Assembly (NCBI GenBank): GCA_027050205.1
Contig: JALUCS010000078.1
Coordinates: forward strand, 1-36,672
Direction: 5' to 3'
Origin: a candidate division WOR-3 bacterium
GTDB taxonomy: Bacteria; Hydrothermota; Hydrothermia; LBFQ01
Length of the DNA: 36,672 bases
The notes beneath the pieces were generated by a model. It saw only the letters and a program-made list of their open reading frames with translations. It was not told the origin of the DNA and did not search any database. The position numbers and the translations under genes were made by a program. Shown in pieces: positions 1-8,935 of the stretch. The stretch's first letter is position 1. Every line of letters starts with the position of its first letter.

Positions 1-29
1 GAGGATTCTATAATTCTGCAACAGAATTT

Positions 30-856
30 GTTCAAATTCCACAAGGTAGATTTCGGACCCGATCCCCGGCACCGCTATCGTGTGGGAGAACAGCATGTTC
101 AAATTCCACAAGGTAGATTTCGGACCCAAGAGCACCCAAGCCTCTATACCGGTAGATACTCCGTTCAAATTCCACAAGGTAGATTTCGGACGCGGCGTAT
201 GTCCTCCCTGTAGTACTCAGCGAACCAGGTTCAAATTCCACAAGGTAGATTTCGGACCCCTCCGGTTCCACGGGAACCTATATTGAGTATGTATGTTCAA
301 ATTCCACAAGGTAGATTTCGGACTAAGGCGGATGGAACTATCGCCCTCACGTCCCGCATGTTCAAATTCCACAAGGTAGATTTCGGACAGGCGGCAATAA
401 CAGGATTCCACTCTACCGCCACAACCTGTTCAAATTCCACAAGGTAGATTTCGGACCCGCACGCCGTAGGGGAGGTAAAATAAGTGGAGGTATGTTCAAA
501 TTCCACAAGGTAGATTTCGGACTATATCTACGTTAATTTTAAAGTTTGACCAGAAATAGGTATGTTCAAATTCCACAAGGTAGATTTCGGACCTTACCAT
601 CATAGACAGACTTCTCACGTCCGGAGAAAGTTCAAATTCCACAAGGTAGATTTCGGACCCAGGCAGGTGTTGTATGCTACACACCTGCTGTAGTCAGTTC
701 AAATTCCACAAGGTAGATTTCGGACAAGTATTATTACCCCCTTATCCACTATAATGAATCCAGTTCAAATTCCACAAGGTAGATTTCGGACTTTATCGGT
801 TCAGAGCCGTGGGGGAGGGATATAATGGTTCAAATTCCACAAGGTAGATTTCGGAC
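30..856 (-). CRISPR. CRISPR array, 13 identical 29-bp repeats (GTCCGAAATCTACCTTGTGGAATTTGAAC in the inferred transcribed orientation) and 12 complete spacers of 36-41 bp; probably continues left of the window
   Basis: GTTCAAATTCCACAAGGTAGATTTCGGAC starts at 30, 97, 163, 229, 295, 360, 428, 494, 564, 630, 697, 763 and 828, separated by unique spacers. Orientation is inferred from the AT-rich leader on the right and the ...TTTGAAC 3' end, which resembles the ATTGAAAC end of type I/III repeats. Confidence 0.98.
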
Positions 857-954
857 CGTTGCTTCGGATAAATAATTTTCAAACTTATACCCCGCCATTT
901 CCCCCGATTTTTGCTGAACCTCCGGTCTTGCATCTCTAAAAATTTGTGAATTTA
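857..954 (-). promoter_or_regulatory. CRISPR leader
   Basis: AT-rich non-coding stretch directly next to the terminal repeat at 828-856, with A/T runs typical of leaders. Confidence 0.75.
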
Positions 955-1138
955 TAAGCCCGTCCCGCGAGTTGATACACCAAAACTCTGCCGCCGCGTG
1001 CCTCACAGCCCCCAGCCGAGACTGGGGCCGGTCCCTCCCATAGGCCGCTCTTAGGCGGCCACCCGCTGTAGGCACACCTCCCCGGCGGCTCCCTGCCCCT
1101 CCCCTGCCTCCTCTGTCTCTCTCCCGGGGACGGGCTTA
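955..1138. other. Structured element with 12-bp terminal inverted repeats (MITE-like element or ncRNA)
   Basis: TAAGCCCGTCCC (955-966) pairs with GGGACGGGCTTA (1127-1138) and encloses nested stems 990-996/1083-1089, 998-1009/1065-1075, 1010-1015/1022-1027 and 1043-1048/1055-1060. Confidence 0.55.
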
Positions 1139-1191
1139 CGGCCTCCCTTCGCTACGCTACTTGCTCGGCCTCTAATACCTCCTTCACCCGG

Positions 1192-1227
1192 CATTATAAG
1201 GGGGAAGAAACGAGCATCCTTATAATG
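1192..1227. promoter_or_regulatory. Back-to-back divergent -10 promoters
   Basis: Perfect 10-bp inverted repeat CATTATAAGG (1192-1201) / CCTTATAATG (1218-1227); each arm carries a TATAAT facing outward. Confidence 0.6.
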
Positions 1228-1234
1228 TGGGGTT

Positions 1235-3148
1235 ATGTTGTCGTTTGTAGTAGCAACGACGCTCCTCTACGAGGATTTTGAAAGCACGGCTTTCCCGCCC
1301 GTAGGGTGGGATACCACCTACACCAACTACTACATCAGGTGGCAGAGGAGGACCAGCGGGGTCATATTCGGTTCCGCATCGGCCGGCATAATAACCGGTA
1401 AGAGGTCTTACCGGGATACCGGAACGGCAACCCTATCCACACCTTCCGTTTCCTTCGCCTCCCTTGACAGCCTCATCTTCTACTACAAGTTCCCCGGAAC
1501 CCAGCCCCCCTTCCCATCCTCCGAAGATACCATCTACCTTGACTACTCCGTAGACGGAGGGACGACTTGGAGCAACCTTTGGAGCTTAGACAGCGCCAGC
1601 GCGGTCGTCAATACCCCCGTAAGGATCGCCCTACCCCTCTCCTTCCTGTCTGGCCCGGATACGGTGATTTTCCGCTGGAAGTTCGTGGACCACGATACGC
1701 TCACCATTTCCCAGAACAGGTACTTTCTCATTGACTCCGTAACGGTTTTGGGTACCCCCTTGGGGAACGTCCCGCCGGACGTCAACCTCGTCGGGCTGTC
1801 TCCCCTGTTCCCCGATACCAACACCTCCGTTACGGTCTCCTTCACCGCTAACGACCCCGACGGCTCCATCGTTGGGGCATGGGTAGCGTACTCCTTTGAC
1901 GGCTCCACCTTCAACGTAGTGTCTGCCACCCCTACCTCCGGGGACACCTTCACGGCCGATATACCCGCCCGTGGGAGCTACGGCAAGGTGTATTACATCG
2001 CTGCTGCTGTGGATGACGCCGGAGACACGACGGTTACGCCCGTAGGATACTACATCGCCGGCTTCCTTAGGGTGTACGAGGTGAGGGGACTGACCGTCGG
2101 CGACACCGTCCAGACGAAGGTCACCGTCGTAGGTAAGATAGGAAGCGCCGTATATACCGAGGACACGACCGCCCCGGTGGGAGGTGTCAGTAGCGGCATA
2201 GTGATCTACAGCTCCTCTATGAGTGGAGCCGTGGATACGGGCTACGTCCTGTACGTCAGGGGAGAGCTAACGGAGTACAGGAACCTTCTGGAGATCTCCC
2301 CCGATGCCTTTGAGGTGGTAGACAGCGGGGCTACCCCTATGCCAGCGTATATAAACGTCGCCGATATGGGTGAGACCTACGAGGGTATGTTGGTAGCCAT
2401 AAGGGGCTTTACGTGGGTATCCTATCCGGGAACCTTCGCCTCCAACACCAACTACGACATACAGGACGGCAGCGGTACGGGGGTCCTTAGGGTGGCCGGT
2501 GCTACTAACGTGGACGGGAACCCTGCCCCCGACGGCGTCCTTGAGGTCTGGGGCGTTCTCGGTCAGTGGAACACCACCTACCAGCTCTATCCGAGGTACA
2601 TAAACGACTTCTCCCCCTACGTGGAGAACGTCTCCATAACTCCCAACCCTCCCGTGGCTGGCTCCCTCGCTGTCGTTACGGCTAAGATATACGACTTTGA
2701 CAGCCTCGGTACCCTTACCCTCCATTACTCCACGGATACGACCTCCGGATACACCACGGTTTCGGCTGACAGCATCGCCGCCGACTCCACGGCTTACTTC
2801 ACCATCTCCTCCGTCCCCTCCGGCGACACCCTCTACGTCAAGGTGGAGGCCCATGACGGGCGGGATCGCATAACCTTCAGCTTCCTCTCCCGCTTCCCCA
2901 TAAACGTGGGTACCGCCACCGAAGAGAAGCCCGGCGAGAGGCACTATCTAAGGGTTGTGGCCGTAGCCGGTGGCCTCCTGATCCAGTGGAACGTAGGGTC
3001 GCCCAAGCTCCTAAAGGTCTACGATGCGAGCGGTAGGTTGTACGAGGTGGTTGAGATAAAGGGTAAGGGCAGCCGGAAGGTTAGCCTGCCGAGGGGCGTG
3101 TACTTCGTCCGAAACGGCGAGGAGATAGGTAGGCTCATCGTCAGATAA
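1235..3148 (+). CDS. Secreted multidomain surface protein (adhesin/jelly-roll-like N-terminus, Ig-like and OB-fold-like repeats, T9SS-like C-terminal sorting domain)
   Basis: 637-aa ORF rich in T/S/D/G beta-strands; YEDFE..FPP.GW N-terminus; C-terminal KVYDASGRL...LPRGVYFVR...RLIVR motif. Confidence 0.75.
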   Translation: MLSFVVATTLLYEDFESTAFPPVGWDTTYTNYYIRWQRRTSGVIFGSASAGIITGKRSYRDTGTATLSTPSVSFASLDSLIFYYKFPGTQPPFPSSEDTIYLDYSVDGGTTWSNLWSLDSASAVVNTPVRIALPLSFLSGPDTVIFRWKFVDHDTLTISQNRYFLIDSVTVLGTPLGNVPPDVNLVGLSPLFPDTNTSVTVSFTANDPDGSIVGAWVAYSFDGSTFNVVSATPTSGDTFTADIPARGSYGKVYYIAAAVDDAGDTTVTPVGYYIAGFLRVYEVRGLTVGDTVQTKVTVVGKIGSAVYTEDTTAPVGGVSSGIVIYSSSMSGAVDTGYVLYVRGELTEYRNLLEISPDAFEVVDSGATPMPAYINVADMGETYEGMLVAIRGFTWVSYPGTFASNTNYDIQDGSGTGVLRVAGATNVDGNPAPDGVLEVWGVLGQWNTTYQLYPRYINDFSPYVENVSITPNPPVAGSLAVVTAKIYDFDSLGTLTLHYSTDTTSGYTTVSADSIAADSTAYFTISSVPSGDTLYVKVEAHDGRDRITFSFLSRFPINVGTATEEKPGERHYLRVVAVAGGLLIQWNVGSPKLLKVYDASGRLYEVVEIKGKGSRKVSLPRGVYFVRNGEEIGRLIVR

Positions 3149-3165
3149 CGCACCTCCCGGCGGTT

Positions 3166-3193
3166 AAGGGGGGGCGAAGCCCCCCCCTTTTTT
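3166..3193. terminator. Intrinsic terminator between convergent genes
   Basis: AAGGGGGGGC-GAA-GCCCCCCCCTT hairpin followed by a T run. Confidence 0.85.
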
Positions 3194-4160
3194 ATGCGGC
3201 CAGTCCCTCCACCTCCTTCAGGTTCTCGGTCTTGCCTATGACGAGGAGGACGTCCCCCTCCTTCAAGGGGAGGTCGGGATCCGGTGGGAGGATGACCTCG
3301 TCCCCCCTGACTATGGCGATGACGTAGACGCCGTACCTACGGGAGAGGGACAGGTCCTTGAGGCTCCTGCCTACGAAGGGGGAACCTTCCCGCAGGACTA
3401 TCTCCTCTATCCGCATCTGATAGACGTCCAAGAATTCGCTCACCACGGGCTGCACTAAAAAGCGTCCTATGCGCATCCCCGCCCACTCAAAGGGGAGGAT
3501 GACCCTGTCGGCCCCCGCCTTCCTTATCAACCTCCCTCCCTTCTCCGTTAGGGCCGTAGCCACCACGAAGAGCCGGGGGTTCAGGCTCTTGGCGTTCAGG
3601 ACGACGTACAGGTTGGCGTGATCCGAGTCCAAAAGGGCTGCCAGTCCCTTCGCCCTATCTACCCCTGCCCTCTTCAAGGTCTCCTCCTCCGTCGCATCCC
3701 CCTCTATGGCGTTGTAGCCCATCTCCAGGGCCGCCTGTACCCTATCCCCCTTGACGTCTATGACGACGAAGTCCCTTCCGCTCTTGGCGAGGAACTCGGC
3801 CGCCTTCCTGCCCATCCTACCGAAGCCACACACTATGAAATGCTCCTTCATTCTCCTCATCCTGATCCTCCTCATACGGAAAATTTGCAGGAACTCCCTC
3901 TCTACCACCGCCCCAAAGATGCGGGTGATGAGGACGCTGATAGTACCCCAGCCGAACAGTATCACCAGGATGGTCCAAGCCCTACCGACGTCGCTCAAGG
4001 GTTTGACCTCGCCGAAACCTACGGTTGAGATGGTTATGACCGTCATATAGAAGGCCTCAAAGGGCCTCATATCCTCTATCAGGACGTACCCCAACGTCCC
4101 TACGGCCACCACTATGACCATCAGGGCGATCGGATAGAGTACCTTACTTGCCTTCCCCAT
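3192..4160 (-). CDS. Potassium channel with TrkA-N/TrkA-C (RCK) domains
   Basis: TVGFG selectivity filter, two TM helices, GFGRMG Rossmann motif and TrkA-C tail; ATG overlaps the upstream TGA. Confidence 0.93.
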   Translation of the reverse strand: MGKASKVLYPIALMVIVVAVGTLGYVLIEDMRPFEAFYMTVITISTVGFGEVKPLSDVGRAWTILVILFGWGTISVLITRIFGAVVEREFLQIFRMRRIRMRRMKEHFIVCGFGRMGRKAAEFLAKSGRDFVVIDVKGDRVQAALEMGYNAIEGDATEEETLKRAGVDRAKGLAALLDSDHANLYVVLNAKSLNPRLFVVATALTEKGGRLIRKAGADRVILPFEWAGMRIGRFLVQPVVSEFLDVYQMRIEEIVLREGSPFVGRSLKDLSLSRRYGVYVIAIVRGDEVILPPDPDLPLKEGDVLLVIGKTENLKEVEGLAA

Positions 4161-4981
4161 CACCTGACGTTCAGTAGGGGTGTTAGCTTCTGGTCGTACG
4201 GCGCCACGATTACGGTATGGTTCTTGCTCCGGGCGAAGTCTTTCAGCACCTCAAGGTACTTCCACGTCAGGTACCGGTTCGTCAGTTGTCGGGCTATGAT
4301 CTGTTGGGCCTCGGCTATACCCTGAGCCTCTATCCTCTTCCTCTCGGCCTCCAGTTTCTCCTTCTCAAGGACGTACTTCATCCTCTCGGCCTCCTGTTGG
4401 GCTATCTGCTTCTTCTCTATGGCCTCTAAGAACTTCTCCGGGAACTTCACCTTCCGGACGTAGACGTCCCTAACCACTATTCGGCTCTCCCTCTTCAGGG
4501 CGTTTATGAGGGCCTCCTTGAGGAGGCGGGAGAAGTCCTGCCTCATACTGTAGATCTCGCTCGTCTTGTACTGGGCGACGGCGTCCCTGATCTCCGACCT
4601 AACCGTCGGCACCACGAGCTTCCTCTCCACCGTCGTGGGGAGAGGGCGGCCGTAGTCTATCATAAGCTCGGCCACCTGATCAGGTACGAGGGCGTACCGT
4701 ACCGTCGCCTCTATTATCACTGGCAGGCCGTCCTTGGACAGGGCCTCTATCGGGTCCAGACCCCTCTCGGCCGACTCCTCGGATACGAAGTCCAACGTAA
4801 GGTCGTAGACGGGTACGACGTAGATGCTCTGTACTCCGGGTACGAAGGGATGCACTCCGGGGGGAAGCTCCCGCTCGTCTATCACCCCGAAGGTACTCCT
4901 GACCCCCACCTCTCCAGACTCTATCTGGGCGCAGGAAAGGAGGGCGACGCTTAGGAGCGATATGCTCGGAATCTTACGCAT
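4160..4981 (-). CDS. SPFH/Band 7 prohibitin-family membrane protein (possible lipoprotein)
   Basis: GEVGV..TFG, LSKDGL.V..E.TVRY and a coiled-coil AIEKKQIAQQEAERMKY...EAERKRIEAQG. Confidence 0.92.
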   Translation of the reverse strand: MRKIPSISLLSVALLSCAQIESGEVGVRSTFGVIDERELPPGVHPFVPGVQSIYVVPVYDLTLDFVSEESAERGLDPIEALSKDGLPVIIEATVRYALVPDQVAELMIDYGRPLPTTVERKLVVPTVRSEIRDAVAQYKTSEIYSMRQDFSRLLKEALINALKRESRIVVRDVYVRKVKFPEKFLEAIEKKQIAQQEAERMKYVLEKEKLEAERKRIEAQGIAEAQQIIARQLTNRYLTWKYLEVLKDFARSKNHTVIVAPYDQKLTPLLNVR

Positions 4982-5039
4982 AGAGCGTTCTATTATACGG
5001 TCCTATACGGCCCCTCTCAACCCTATAATACGTCCTCGT

Positions 5040-5432
5040 ATGCTGACCCTCCTCTTTTTGAGTGTTTCTCCCGCTGACACGGCTTACTGGCAGAGTTTGG
5101 CCAAGAGGGTAGCGAAGAAGATCTACAAGGAGAGCAAGGGCGATTACTACGATGTGAAGATGTACAGAGACTCCACGGGGGTATATATTCTTTACCACAG
5201 CCGCTGGTACGTCGTGACCCCGTCGGGCTACAAGGTGTGGTACAGGACCCCTAAGGCCATAAAGCTCCCGCGGAACACCCCGGAGTACTTTGAGAAACTC
5301 GTCCTCAAAGAGTTGGACAGGAGCGGGGACGTAAAGTCAAGGGTGGGGGAGACCTTGGTGGCCATAAGCGGCTGCGGTCTGGCCGTGGTCGGGGGGCTGC
5401 TCGCCGTCCTCTTCTCCCTCCAGCAACAATGA
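5040..5432 (+). CDS. Hypothetical protein with short hydrophobic N-terminus and C-terminal TM helix
   Basis: Start moved to ATG 5040, 10 nt after TATAAT; host-like codon usage; stop overlaps the next ATG (ATGA). Confidence 0.7.
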   Translation: MLTLLFLSVSPADTAYWQSLAKRVAKKIYKESKGDYYDVKMYRDSTGVYILYHSRWYVVTPSGYKVWYRTPKAIKLPRNTPEYFEKLVLKELDRSGDVKSRVGETLVAISGCGLAVVGGLLAVLFSLQQQ

Positions 5433-6442
5433 GCCACCGCCTCCTCGTCGTAACCCCCTGGCCGGAGGATTGGAGGGGGGAGGGCAAACGTTTTCCGGAG
5501 GTGAGGTTTTTAAAAAGGAGGTTGGAGGGTTTCTTTGAGTACGACGTCCTCTCCCCCGACGATGGCATCCCCAAAGGTGAGTACGACGTAGTGTTTGCCC
5601 AGTCGGAGAAGGCCTACCCTAAAGCGAGGGAAGCCTACAGGAGGAGCGGGGCAAAGCGGTTGGTGGTGGCGATATACGGAGTCTTTGAGTACTTCCCACT
5701 TAGGAAGGTCTTTAAGCCCCTCCACAGGTGGAGGTACAGGGCCGTAGATAGGGCGTTCAAGGGTGGAGCCGACCTCTACCTCATAACGGACGACGGCTCA
5801 AAGGGGGAAATCGTAGCCCAGAGGTACGGCCGCCCCTACCTACTGCTACCCGTCCCCAAACCCCCGTGGGACAGGATAGATCGCTTGGAGGCCAGACGCC
5901 AACTCGGACTACCCCTCAACGGCCCCATCGGAGGTTTCGCCGGCGCCCTGAACAAACTCAAGGGAGCGCATCTCCTGCCGGAGATCCTCCGCCTCTCAAG
6001 GGGTACCTACCGCCTCGCCGTAATAGGCTACGGCCCCCTTCTCCCTACCGTCCTGAAGATGAGGGAGGAGGCACCGGACAGGGTATTCGTCTTGGACCCC
6101 CTGCCCTACGAGAGGATGAACCTCTTCTACTCGGCGGTGGATTTCGTCCTCGCCCCCTACCTCTACGGCAACAAGACGGCCGTCGTCGTGGAGTCCCTCG
6201 CCCTCGGCGTACCCGTCGTGGCCTTTAAGGCACACTCCACGGACGAGATAATCAGGAGCGGGTGGAACGGTTTCATCGCCTCCAACTTCAACGTAGAAGA
6301 GTTTGCCCATTACACCGTGAGGCTCGCCACTGACCCCGTCCTCCGGGAGACGATGGGAGAGGCGGCGAAGGTATCGGCGGAGGGCTTCCCCACGTGGGAC
6401 CACAGGGCGTCGGTGGTCGCCCAGTCCCTCCTCCCCCTCTGA
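5429..6442 (+). CDS. Glycosyltransferase family 4 (GT-B)
   Basis: FAGALNKLKG, IGYGP and VVVESLALGVPVVA...EIIRSGWNGF motifs. Confidence 0.88.
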   Translation: MSHRLLVVTPWPEDWRGEGKRFPEVRFLKRRLEGFFEYDVLSPDDGIPKGEYDVVFAQSEKAYPKAREAYRRSGAKRLVVAIYGVFEYFPLRKVFKPLHRWRYRAVDRAFKGGADLYLITDDGSKGEIVAQRYGRPYLLLPVPKPPWDRIDRLEARRQLGLPLNGPIGGFAGALNKLKGAHLLPEILRLSRGTYRLAVIGYGPLLPTVLKMREEAPDRVFVLDPLPYERMNLFYSAVDFVLAPYLYGNKTAVVVESLALGVPVVAFKAHSTDEIIRSGWNGFIASNFNVEEFAHYTVRLATDPVLRETMGEAAKVSAEGFPTWDHRASVVAQSLLPL

Positions 6443-7270
6443 TCACTTACCCTCAACGATGCTCAACTCAAGGTAGGTGAGGGTGGAATCCTTGTAGGAG
6501 GCGGCCTCCGGGGTATATACGTACTTGACCTGACCAACACCGTCGCACCACCACATATCCATAGCGTGGAGGGTGACGTCGGGGATACCCCCGGATAGGT
6601 AGAGGTCGTACCTCACCTTGGCACACATATTGAAGTGGCCGTAGGAGGTTTCGGTATCCTCAAAGCCCTCAACCTCGGCCCTGATGCGGAAGGACACGTC
6701 GTAGGTGTCCACCGAGTCGGGAACGGTGTCGTAGCCAACGGGATAGACCTTTATGGTGGCCTCCCCTCGGGCCATATCCCACGAGTCTCCGGGTCCGGCG
6801 AGGGTGTAGAAAAGGGGCAGGGGAACCCTGCCGCTGTCCGTCGTTATACTAACGAAGTGTGGCCTCCCCTCCAAGATCACCCTAAAGCGTGGGGGAAGGA
6901 ACCTTAGAGGCTCCGCCACCATCACTAGGGTATCCTCCTTGAGGTAATAGATGAAGGTGTCGGCCACGCAGTAGCACGTGGGGAGGGGGTTGGTAGGGTT
7001 GCACACCTGCCCCTTCTGGCACTCGTAGGTCTTACGGACGTACACCTTCCGGGCCTCGTAGCCACCGTAGGACGTGTCGGCCACTATGTGGAGGGTGTCG
7101 GGCGTGTAGTACTTACCACGGGGACTCTCGTACTTGCCGGTCAGGACGAAGCGGGATGTGTAGCGGTAGAGCGTTCCCACCTGGAGGGGGACGTATATCC
7201 CCGGACTGAACCTGTACCTACATCCGAGCAGGACGCCCAAGGTTAGCAGACCCAGGCCCAGCCTTCTCAT
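6443..7270 (-). CDS. Hypothetical lipoprotein
   Basis: MRRLGLGLLTLGVLLG-C lipobox; beta-rich body ending WWCDGVGQVK. Confidence 0.75.
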   Translation of the reverse strand: MRRLGLGLLTLGVLLGCRYRFSPGIYVPLQVGTLYRYTSRFVLTGKYESPRGKYYTPDTLHIVADTSYGGYEARKVYVRKTYECQKGQVCNPTNPLPTCYCVADTFIYYLKEDTLVMVAEPLRFLPPRFRVILEGRPHFVSITTDSGRVPLPLFYTLAGPGDSWDMARGEATIKVYPVGYDTVPDSVDTYDVSFRIRAEVEGFEDTETSYGHFNMCAKVRYDLYLSGGIPDVTLHAMDMWWCDGVGQVKYVYTPEAASYKDSTLTYLELSIVEGK

Positions 7271-8565
7271 TCCACGACCTCGTAGACGAGGGGTCCCCTC
7301 TCCACCCTCTCGCTCCCTACGGTGAAGGCAACCCTAAGGCGGTTCAAGGCCTCTTCCAACCTCCCCTCATCGTTGGCGAATACCCGAAAGACGGTGTCCC
7401 CCTTCCGGACCCGGTCGCCGGTCTTCTTCAGGGTGAAGATGCACACCTTGTGGTCTATCCTGTCCTCCTTCTTCAGCCGACCTGCCCCAAGGAGTACGGC
7501 CGCCCAGCCTATCTCCTTCGTGTTCATCGCCGTTATGTATCCGTCCCCCTCCGCCTTCACTATGGCCTCGTACTCCGTCCGGATGAAGTCCTCCCTCTCT
7601 ATGGCCTCGTAGTCCCCGCCGTGGGCCTCCACCATCTCCCTGAACTTCTTCAGGCCCCTACCGTCCCTTATGGCCTCCTCTATCAGCTCCTTACCGACGT
7701 CGGGGCTATCCACCTTCCCGCCGAGCTTGAGCATCCATCCGCCGAGGGTGATGACTATCTCCTTGAGGTCTTCGGGGCCGTGGCCCTTCAGGAGTTGAAC
7801 GCTCTCGCATATCTCGCAGGCGTTGCCAGCGGCCCAGCCGAGGGGGACGTCCATGTTGGTGATGAGGGCGACCGTCCTGACGCCGTACCCCTTCCCTATG
7901 CTAACCATCGTCTCCGCCAGCCTCTTGGCGTCCCCGTACCTTTCCATAAAGGCCCCGCTGCCGGTCTTGACGTCAAGGACGAGGCCGGTCAGACCCTCGG
8001 AGAGCTTCTTGGACATTATGGAGGCGGATATGAGGGGGATGCTCTCAACCGTAGCCGTCGCATCTCTAAGGGCGTATATCTTCCTGTCGGCCGGGGCCAA
8101 CTCCTCCGTCTGCCCGATTATGGAGGCCCCCACCTCCTCCACTATCCGTTTGAACTCCGGTATGCTCAAGGCGGTACGGTACCCCGGTATGCTCTCCAGC
8201 TTGTCCAAGGTTCCCCCCGTATGGCCGAGCGCCCTACCCGAAATCATAGGCACCCGTACGCCGTAGACGGCCACGAGGGGAGCGAGGGGTATGCTGACCT
8301 TGTCCCCCACACCTCCCGTTGAGTGCTTATCCACCCTTGGGGCGTCCGTCTCCCAGGTTATGGGCTTACCGCTCTCTATCATAGCGCGGGTTAGGGACAG
8401 GGTCTCGGCCTCGTCCATCCCCCTTATAAAGGCGGCCATGAGGAAGGCGGCCATCTGGTAGTCGGGGATACTCCCATCCGTGTAGCCATCCACCACGAAC
8501 CGTATCTCCTCCTCGCTTAGGCTCAAACCGTCTCGTTTCTTCCTTATTACCTCAAGGACATTCAC
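7267..8565 (-). CDS. pdp: Pyrimidine-nucleoside (thymidine) phosphorylase
   Basis: DKHSTGGVGDK, SGRALGHTGGTLDKLESIPG, LRDATATV and SIMSKK signatures. Confidence 0.95.
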   Translation of the reverse strand: MNVLEVIRKKRDGLSLSEEEIRFVVDGYTDGSIPDYQMAAFLMAAFIRGMDEAETLSLTRAMIESGKPITWETDAPRVDKHSTGGVGDKVSIPLAPLVAVYGVRVPMISGRALGHTGGTLDKLESIPGYRTALSIPEFKRIVEEVGASIIGQTEELAPADRKIYALRDATATVESIPLISASIMSKKLSEGLTGLVLDVKTGSGAFMERYGDAKRLAETMVSIGKGYGVRTVALITNMDVPLGWAAGNACEICESVQLLKGHGPEDLKEIVITLGGWMLKLGGKVDSPDVGKELIEEAIRDGRGLKKFREMVEAHGGDYEAIEREDFIRTEYEAIVKAEGDGYITAMNTKEIGWAAVLLGAGRLKKEDRIDHKVCIFTLKKTGDRVRKGDTVFRVFANDEGRLEEALNRLRVAFTVGSERVERGPLVYEVVE

Positions 8566-8935
8566 GCCCGAATTCTACCGCCGTAAGGTGAGCCGGATTT
8601 GGTATCCGGTAAGGCGGGGGTCTAACAGTTGGGGGCTTGGGATCCGTTCGGTGTAAAATTGAAATTTTCGTCATTTTTTATGCGCTATATTGGGATATTT
8701 TCAAATGGCGTTCAACAAACTTCCAGATTTTATGGGTATAGCGAAAAAACTTTCAGACCTAAGTTTGTAGGATAACGGGACCAGTATCACCCAATTATAA
8801 ATCTTGATTCACGGGCAATTTTACAATTACGTTCAATATTTTGTGTAATTCTCGGTGGTGATTTATAAAAATAACAAAAAATACGAAATCTTACAAAAAA
8901 TTGTAAAATTTTCCCAACTGTATAATGCCAGCCTC

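Noticed and set aside
659..696. Hairpin GCAGGTGT/ACACCTGC inside one spacer
   Set aside because: Single instance, most likely inherited from the protospacer or due to chance.
59..827. Self-targeting spacers
   Set aside because: No spacer match to this window was noticed by eye; an alignment is needed to exclude it.
941..953. TTGTGAATTT in the leader as a possible anti-repeat/tracrRNA
   Set aside because: Only about 10 nt with a gap in AT-rich sequence; the repeat is not type II/V-like and no effector gene is present.
28..1075. Short ORFs with repeating FKFHKVDFG / SEIYLVEFE peptides
   Set aside because: They are translations of the CRISPR repeats and leader, not genes.
955..1138. Assignment of the structured element as 6S RNA or retron msr-msd
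   Set aside because: The length fits, but the branched fold differs from the 6S rod with a central bubble, and no reverse transcriptase is in the window; left unassigned.
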